The notes under the pieces: model-generated
The model's input: only the letters and a program-made list of their open reading frames with translations
Databases searched by the model: none
Told to the model about the DNA's origin: nothing
IMG/VR virus record: IMGVR_UViG_3300025267_000036
Coordinates: 1-40,035 of that record
Source of the DNA: a virus
Lineage: Duplodnaviria; Caudoviricetes
DNA length: 40,035 nt
Direction: 5' to 3' (one strand)
Position numbers and translations under genes: made by a program
In this document: positions 34,541 to 40,035 of the stretch, one piece after another
Numbering within the stretch: position 1 is the stretch's first letter
Layout: every line of letters starts with the position of its first letter

Positions 34541-34843
34541 CTAATGAAAATCCTGCCAAACTGTTCCGTCGAAGCCTTGAAACGTATTCGTTGAAGAAAC
34601 GTACCGCATGTCTCCTGCTACCGGAGTTACACTTGTTGTCGGTTCTCCCACTCTTATCCTGCCCTGTACCTGTATACTTGAATTACTATCTATTTCTACC
34701 TTACGTTGGTTAAGCGTTGCGTCCTGTCCGTACAACGCATCTCTTAAATGGTTAGCCCAGTTCTCGTTTAACTCCCACATCTTCCGTGTGGTGTTGTCTT
34801 CAAAAGAAAAAGGAAAACGCGGAAACACCGGATACTGTGCCAC
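34541..34843 (-). CDS. Small virion-associated protein (100 aa)
   Basis: C-terminal GDMRY...FQGFDGTVW motif of the kind seen in tail and fibre proteins. Confidence 0.6.
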   Translation of the reverse strand: MAQYPVFPRFPFSFEDNTTRKMWELNENWANHLRDALYGQDATLNQRKVEIDSNSSIQVQGRIRVGEPTTSVTPVAGDMRYVSSTNTFQGFDGTVWQDFH

Positions 34844-34849
34844 AATGCT

Positions 34850-37015
34850 TTACCTCTTCCCATCCTGCATTACATCCATACGGATTGAACCTACGTTAAA
34901 CCGTGTGTTTGCTGCACCTGTTGAAACTCTTATCTTTCCTGTTCTTCCTCTTGCACGTGGACGAATAAACTTTGTACTTCCGTCTATTTCAAATGGGCCT
35001 TTCTCTATAACTACGTCATTCGGATGATACTTTGTTTTAACACTTAACTGTAGATTTCCTACACTTACTTTAATGTCAGGTATAATCCTGTCTATAAACA
35101 GTATATCGTCACCGTCGCCTATATCAAACTCACCGCTTTCAATAAAGACAGGCATGTCCTGTCCGTCTGCTGTAAACACGTCAGGCGGTTCGTTGTCAAA
35201 CAGGTAATGATTGTCAGCACTTTCTGCTCCTGTAGACACAGACGCTCCTGTTGTAATGATACTGTCTATAATACTCTTGTCATTCCACGTTGTCCAGATA
35301 GCCTCACCATACGTCCAGTAATTCTGTGACGGACTGTATGTGACATATTTATCACACTCTTGAGAATCACTACTGGGATACATCCACGTTACTTCCCCAA
35401 ACTCAGAATTAACCCCACAATATACCTTACGTCTGTTCTGAAAGTTAAAGTCTTCAAACACGTGACGCTTTACCGTACTGGGAAGAACCTGTACCTGTCC
35501 TGACCAAACAAAGAAGTTACTGTCACCCATCCAGTACACACGTCCGTCAAACTCAGCCATTGCATGTTTGGCTACCAGACCACAGTTGGTTCCAAGCTGT
35601 CGGCTTCCAAACACAAACGGTTCACCAATAAACTCCAGACCCATTAACGCTACATCTGTCCAGACAAGGATAAGATTACCAGCCGCAAGACCGCCCATTA
35701 TTTCAGAACCGTTTGCCAGCCGTATACTTCCTGCCGTATTTGTTGTTGTTTCTACCCAATCCGTCAAGTCTTCCTGTGACGACCAACGAACCAGCATAGG
35801 ATCAAATGTTCCTGCTGCGTCCGTAACTCCCAAACACATCCCCTGTCGTGCTACCGGACTGACAAGAAAACCATTTGCCGAAACAGGCGCACCTGAAACA
35901 AGTCGTGCTACCTGATCTACTCCTGACGTTTTATCCCATCTGTAGATTCCCCCAGCCGGATAAGGATTAAGAACAAGATCTTCTCCAAAGTTGTCCATTG
36001 TCCATTCACGAATATCAAGAAAGATGTCAGTGGAAGATGAAGGTGTGTTCCACGTTCTGTATTCGGAGGCAGTAACAGGAACAATATCCATAAATATATT
36101 TGTCCCCTTTCCTGTTGCTGTTCCTGTTGCTGCACTCCCTGCCACAAAATGAAAAGCATTGGACGTAATTACACTTACTTCGTAGAAACCGGAAACGTCA
36201 GTTATTCCCTCTAACCCTGCTCCCGGCCAGTTACTTACCTGTACGTAACTTCCTGTTGCCCTGTTATGGTCAGACACGCTTACCGTAATGGTTGTCTCAC
36301 CGCTTACGAAATTAAACACACTGGAATACGCAGTCATCGTAAAAGCCTGTGCGTCATACGTGTCAGCCCCGTATCCAAAACCTCCAGCGGCTACAGAACT
36401 TCCAGACGGAAGCCGAACAGCATACGCTGCCTTTCCTTTACTTGCACTGGTCGCATCTGCAACACTTCCTACAGCAATAACAAAAGAATTATTATTAACA
36501 ACACTGACTCTGTAATCTCCTTTGACTGAAGTAATACCACCGGGAAACGTTCCAGCACCTGTTCCTCCACTTGTTTGTGACCATGCACATACATTGACAT
36601 ATGAATTTGTTGTAAGACCGTGAGCATTAACACTTACCGTAATGCTACTAGATCCGCTTTCCGTATTAAAAGCTCCGGTAACTGTAGTGAACCATGAACT
36701 TTCAGGAGCGGATACGCTTACATCATAGGGAGTGATATCATAGAATAATCCAGCAGTGTATAGATAAGCTTTATGCTCAGTAGCAAAACCAATATACTTT
36801 CTACCATCTAATGCCGCCCAGTTGTGAACAACTCTTCCGGTTCCGATAAAAGACGAAGTACTTTTCTTTTGCCACCCTCTTATGCTTTCCGGCTTGCCGT
36901 CCCTGAACCTGACACGATTGCCGTCAAACCAACCACCTTCAGCGGCATACTCTGTGGATTCTCGCATAATGCCGGGACGGAAATCATATTTAACTGTTCT
37001 GGTTTCAGTTGACAT
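34850..37015 (-). CDS. Tail nozzle / tubular protein B (P22 gp10-like) with two inserted beta-rich repeats
   Basis: RVRFRDG, DNFGEDL, VRWSSQED, VWTD, CGL and VYWMG propeller-like motifs; size; synteny. Confidence 0.75.
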   Translation of the reverse strand: MSTETRTVKYDFRPGIMRESTEYAAEGGWFDGNRVRFRDGKPESIRGWQKKSTSSFIGTGRVVHNWAALDGRKYIGFATEHKAYLYTAGLFYDITPYDVSVSAPESSWFTTVTGAFNTESGSSSITVSVNAHGLTTNSYVNVCAWSQTSGGTGAGTFPGGITSVKGDYRVSVVNNNSFVIAVGSVADATSASKGKAAYAVRLPSGSSVAAGGFGYGADTYDAQAFTMTAYSSVFNFVSGETTITVSVSDHNRATGSYVQVSNWPGAGLEGITDVSGFYEVSVITSNAFHFVAGSAATGTATGKGTNIFMDIVPVTASEYRTWNTPSSSTDIFLDIREWTMDNFGEDLVLNPYPAGGIYRWDKTSGVDQVARLVSGAPVSANGFLVSPVARQGMCLGVTDAAGTFDPMLVRWSSQEDLTDWVETTTNTAGSIRLANGSEIMGGLAAGNLILVWTDVALMGLEFIGEPFVFGSRQLGTNCGLVAKHAMAEFDGRVYWMGDSNFFVWSGQVQVLPSTVKRHVFEDFNFQNRRKVYCGVNSEFGEVTWMYPSSDSQECDKYVTYSPSQNYWTYGEAIWTTWNDKSIIDSIITTGASVSTGAESADNHYLFDNEPPDVFTADGQDMPVFIESGEFDIGDGDDILFIDRIIPDIKVSVGNLQLSVKTKYHPNDVVIEKGPFEIDGSTKFIRPRARGRTGKIRVSTGAANTRFNVGSIRMDVMQDGKR

Positions 37016-37021
37016 TATGGT

Positions 37022-38089
37022 TTAACTTTTAAAGTTTTTAATAGCTGCTACATCTATTGCCTTCATGGTTCCGTCACTACTAACATCACGTACAAAATAA
37101 GTCAGGAGATCTACCGATCCAACACTGGCAGTCTTTGCAACTGTTACTCCAGACGGAAACTTCCACGCACTTGTCGGAAAACTAAAAGTAGAACTACCTG
37201 CACTCGCACCCGTAATGAGATAGATAGCTCCTGTCTGTCCTACCTTACCGTTTGTAGGAGATGCAAGACTTACGGATACTGCTCCTGAAACTGCTCCGCT
37301 GGCTTTAACCACAAAGAAGTTACTTTGACTTAAATCAATTGTCGTTGTTGCACTAGCCTTGATTGTAGTTATGGCACACATACTTCGTCCATTTACAGAT
37401 ACGTTGCCGTTAAAAGTAGCAACGGAAGCAAATGTTGTATGACCAGCAAACGAAGCTGAACCTGTTGCACTCAGATTAGTTATGAGTCCGTTATTAAAAC
37501 TTGTTGCACTGATAGAACTTTGTGTTATTCTTCCGAAGTTAAAAGACGGATCACTTGCTGCACTTGTTCCGATTGACACCCGTTCTACAAATGGATTAGC
37601 TATGTACCGTGTGCTGTCTTTTGCGCTTGTTGCAGCAAATCCGGTAAATAACGGAACGACGGTTGTCGGTGTGGCAAGTACACCCATCGTAGCATTCTTT
37701 GGAACATTTGATCCTACGTTACCTGTATTCTTTACCTGTACGGAAAAAGCATTTGGATTACGAACAATGTACATTTTACCTGCCCACTGTGCGCCGTTGG
37801 CAACAGAGGCAGTCGTAAAGGTTGGAACAATAAGATTAACAATTGAAGTAGATGTTTGAGTTCCAGTGATTCCTATGACCGTAAGTTTACTTTGATCTCC
37901 CAATCCGTCGTTACGTGTCAGAGTTTTGTCGGCTGCGCTTACATAATCTATAGAACCTGAAATGTTTGCACTGAACGCATTGTCCACCATCTCAATAACA
38001 TTCTGATTGAGAATAGTTCCCCACGTATTTGCATTCTCACCTGACCCCTGTTTAGCCAGCTTTACTGTTGGTGTGTAAGTTGTAACCAT
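37022..38089 (-). CDS. Ser/Thr-rich tail fibre/spike-like structural protein
   Basis: N-terminal GENANTWG motif and C-terminal IDLSQSNFF...WKFPSG...DLLTYF domain. Confidence 0.65.
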   Translation of the reverse strand: MVTTYTPTVKLAKQGSGENANTWGTILNQNVIEMVDNAFSANISGSIDYVSAADKTLTRNDGLGDQSKLTVIGITGTQTSTSIVNLIVPTFTTASVANGAQWAGKMYIVRNPNAFSVQVKNTGNVGSNVPKNATMGVLATPTTVVPLFTGFAATSAKDSTRYIANPFVERVSIGTSAASDPSFNFGRITQSSISATSFNNGLITNLSATGSASFAGHTTFASVATFNGNVSVNGRSMCAITTIKASATTTIDLSQSNFFVVKASGAVSGAVSVSLASPTNGKVGQTGAIYLITGASAGSSTFSFPTSAWKFPSGVTVAKTASVGSVDLLTYFVRDVSSDGTMKAIDVAAIKNFKS

Positions 38090-38091
38090 TG

Positions 38092-38766
38092 TTATTGCGT
38101 TCCTTGTTGCAGGTTATTTAAACCGCCAGCCGGATTATCTGCGATTTCCATGTCATCCCGTCTTGCCCGTCTTGCTTCATTATTTAAATACATCGCCTCT
38201 CGTTGATACTGTTGATCCCAATAAGCAGCCGCTGCCGGATTCTTCATCCAATAAGTTGCTTCTACCATACTCGCATAAAACAGAGCGTTACCACAGTACT
38301 GGGTATAATAATTCTCTTCGTTTGTGCTGGAAGCTAATGCTGCTGGTTGTGCTACATACGACATTTCTATTGCATATGAAGAGACAGGAGCAGGAGCAAT
38401 CAAGATCTGTTCCGCACCAAAGTTGGCAAAGTAACGCGGTACTCCTACAGATGTCCTGTCACGCCAGTAGTCATTGAGATAATCTTTACTTCTCAAAAGC
38501 AACTGTGTCCGTTGTCCTGTTGATGTCGTAAAGTTTACATTCCGAATAACCAACGCTCTGTTAGGTGTAGCAGGTTTGGTTACAAAAGGATCTCCCTGTA
38601 CAAAGAAACTTGTTGCGAAGTTAGTTAACCCCAAAGAGTCAATCTCTCGTGTAAGACGCAGTTCAGCCCGATCTATAAAATCAGGAACAGAGTCAGCAAA
38701 TTCCGTACCGTCATTCTCCGCTGTCTGTTTTATACGGCTAACTAATGATGTAAAAGTCAATGCCAT
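38092..38766 (-). CDS. Head-tail adaptor / tail tubular protein A
   Basis: FIDRAELRL, GVPRYF, IAPAP and LFYAS motifs; 224 aa; synteny. Confidence 0.72.
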   Translation of the reverse strand: MALTFTSLVSRIKQTAENDGTEFADSVPDFIDRAELRLTREIDSLGLTNFATSFFVQGDPFVTKPATPNRALVIRNVNFTTSTGQRTQLLLRSKDYLNDYWRDRTSVGVPRYFANFGAEQILIAPAPVSSYAIEMSYVAQPAALASSTNEENYYTQYCGNALFYASMVEATYWMKNPAAAAYWDQQYQREAMYLNNEARRARRDDMEIADNPAGGLNNLQQGTQ

Positions 38767-39207
38767 TTATTTATTTTCCAAAGTCCAAATAAACGTTTTT
38801 GTTGGGGCTGTTGTTTTTCTCCACACTCTTAGATCTTGTCCAAACTTAGCTTGTACTCCTGTAAGTGAAACGGGCATGTTGATAACATTTGAAAATGTTC
38901 CTGCATTAAAAGTTGATCCTGTTCCGTCTACACTTACAATGTTTTCATTTATGACCGTAAAGTCATTTGTTCCAAATGTGGCTCCTGTTCCCGGTATACC
39001 AACACTTAAAAATATTTCTACAGTGAAGTCACCTGCACTGTATGCTGCACCTGTACCACCTAAATCTACACTCGCGTGTCCGAATATAGTAAATGCACTT
39101 TGATTAAAAGTAGCATACGTACCGCTTATTGTAACATACGCTGCCCTTGCTTCACCTGCATAAGATCCAAATGGTGCGGCGGCAAAAGTTGATTCCCCGA
39201 ACATCAT
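38767..39207 (-). CDS. Putative virion protein (146 aa)
   Basis: MFGESTFAAAPF N-terminus; repeated G(T/V)xAxF strands. Confidence 0.6.
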   Translation of the reverse strand: MMFGESTFAAAPFGSYAGEARAAYVTISGTYATFNQSAFTIFGHASVDLGGTGAAYSAGDFTVEIFLSVGIPGTGATFGTNDFTVINENIVSVDGTGSTFNAGTFSNVINMPVSLTGVQAKFGQDLRVWRKTTAPTKTFIWTLENK

Positions 39208-39213
39208 TTGGAC

Positions 39214-39891
39214 TTATTCCTCTAGTTCAGGCCACGTGTGTAAAATTGGATACTTTTTAATCTCTGCTTCTCTTTTACTTGTTGCCTCTGTATTTATTTT
39301 TTCCAGATCACTGTCATATGCAGTCTTCTGTTCAGGCGTAAGAGCTTCTATTTCTTCTTTACTAAGTACAGTAATATCTAATGCTTTCGCTGCTGCTTCT
39401 TTAAATTTATCCATAGAATTGGCTTCAGCATCGTTGTCCCAACTTACAAAAAGATTGGCGACTGCATCAATATCAGTAGAATTGTCAATAGCATTTTCCA
39501 TCTCCGTAGCTGTGGCGCGAATTGCGTTACGCCATGTTTCAATATTAGCAGGAACGTCCTTCCCACTATCGTAGTGTCGTATGTATGCCCAATCTGTTTG
39601 GCTTAAAAGAGATCCTTGCTGTTTTTTAACTTCGTTCTTCAGAGTTGTTTTAAGACCTACCACACCTTCACTGTCATCAAGAGGTTTGGCAGTAGATGTG
39701 ACCTTTCCACCGCTCATTGACCAAAAATATAATCTGGAATCAGGTTTGGGGTCTTCTATAATCTCCTTGATATTCATGGCATCTTTCTCAGCCTTCGACC
39801 ATATATTCCAATTGCCCGGATGCTGGGTTCCGTTGGAATCAGTCCACGACTTTCCCGGTCTTATTACTTTATCTCCATATTTCCATGTCAT
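39214..39891 (-). CDS. Tail fibre assembly chaperone-like protein
   Basis: LLSQTDW...WRNAIR...WP motif; directly follows a fibre gene; AAGGAG RBS. Confidence 0.7.
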   Translation of the reverse strand: MTWKYGDKVIRPGKSWTDSNGTQHPGNWNIWSKAEKDAMNIKEIIEDPKPDSRLYFWSMSGGKVTSTAKPLDDSEGVVGLKTTLKNEVKKQQGSLLSQTDWAYIRHYDSGKDVPANIETWRNAIRATATEMENAIDNSTDIDAVANLFVSWDNDAEANSMDKFKEAAAKALDITVLSKEEIEALTPEQKTAYDSDLEKINTEATSKREAEIKKYPILHTWPELEE

Positions 39892-39908
39892 TTAGTCTCT
39901 CCTTAAAT

Positions 39909-40035
39909 TTAAAATGCCGTAGCGGGAGTTACCCCATCACCACCAAATGGATATTCTGCCCACGCTGCAAAGAAATAAGTCGCAGCAGAAGTATTTACAT
40001 CACTATCTGCTGTCCGAATCTTAAAACCATTTGAC
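39909..40035 (-). CDS. C-terminus of a tail fibre-like protein (partial; ...SNGFKIRTADSDVNTSAATYFFAAWAEYPFGGDGVTPATAF)
   Basis: Translated by hand. SNGFK...TY...AE.PF ending is typical of marine phage fibre domains. Confidence 0.7.
   Translation of the reverse strand, partial: SNGFKIRTADSDVNTSAATYFFAAWAEYPFGGDGVTPATAF

Noticed and set aside
18050-39895. Numerous + strand ORFs of 60-207 aa in the late arm
   Set aside because: They are antisense shadows of long - strand genes with recognisable motifs and have no RBS or operon logic.
37022-40035. Diversity-generating retroelement or invertible tail-fibre locus
   Set aside because: No reverse transcriptase, invertase or template/variable repeat pair is visible in the window.
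1-40035. tRNA genes, integrase/repressor, phage RNA polymerase
   Set aside because: None recognised by eye. tRNAscan-SE and the remainder of the genome would be needed to exclude them.

Overview
A 40-kb segment of an AT-rich, apparently lytic podovirus genome. It has T7-like replication genes but no phage RNA polymerase in the window. The layout best fits Zobellviridae/cobavirus (SIO1-like) marine phages; the family assignment and a likely alphaproteobacterial host are inference. (1) 1-1510: a leftward array of four promoter-RBS-small ORF-hairpin cassettes, each preceded by the same structured ~40-bp repeat. (2) ~1510-1950: a non-coding divergence region. (3) 1959-17870: a + strand early and replication arm with DUF932, a GP88-like Cys-rich protein, SleB-like hydrolase, primase-helicase, PolA, HNH, SSB, Cas4-like nuclease, endonuclease I, DUF3310, class II RNR and IscA. 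(4) 17942-40035: a convergent - strand late arm with a holin, two glycosyltransferase-type genes, a 2675-aa polyvalent internal virion protein, other internal proteins, nozzle, adaptor and tail fibre genes. Capsid, portal and terminase are not in the window. The strongest candidate for an undescribed system is the repeat-delimited cassette array at the left end. Its repeat sits a fixed 8-9 bp upstream of 16-bp-spacer promoters and can fold into two strand-specific ssDNA hairpins. All protein family calls come from motif recognition by eye, not database searches.
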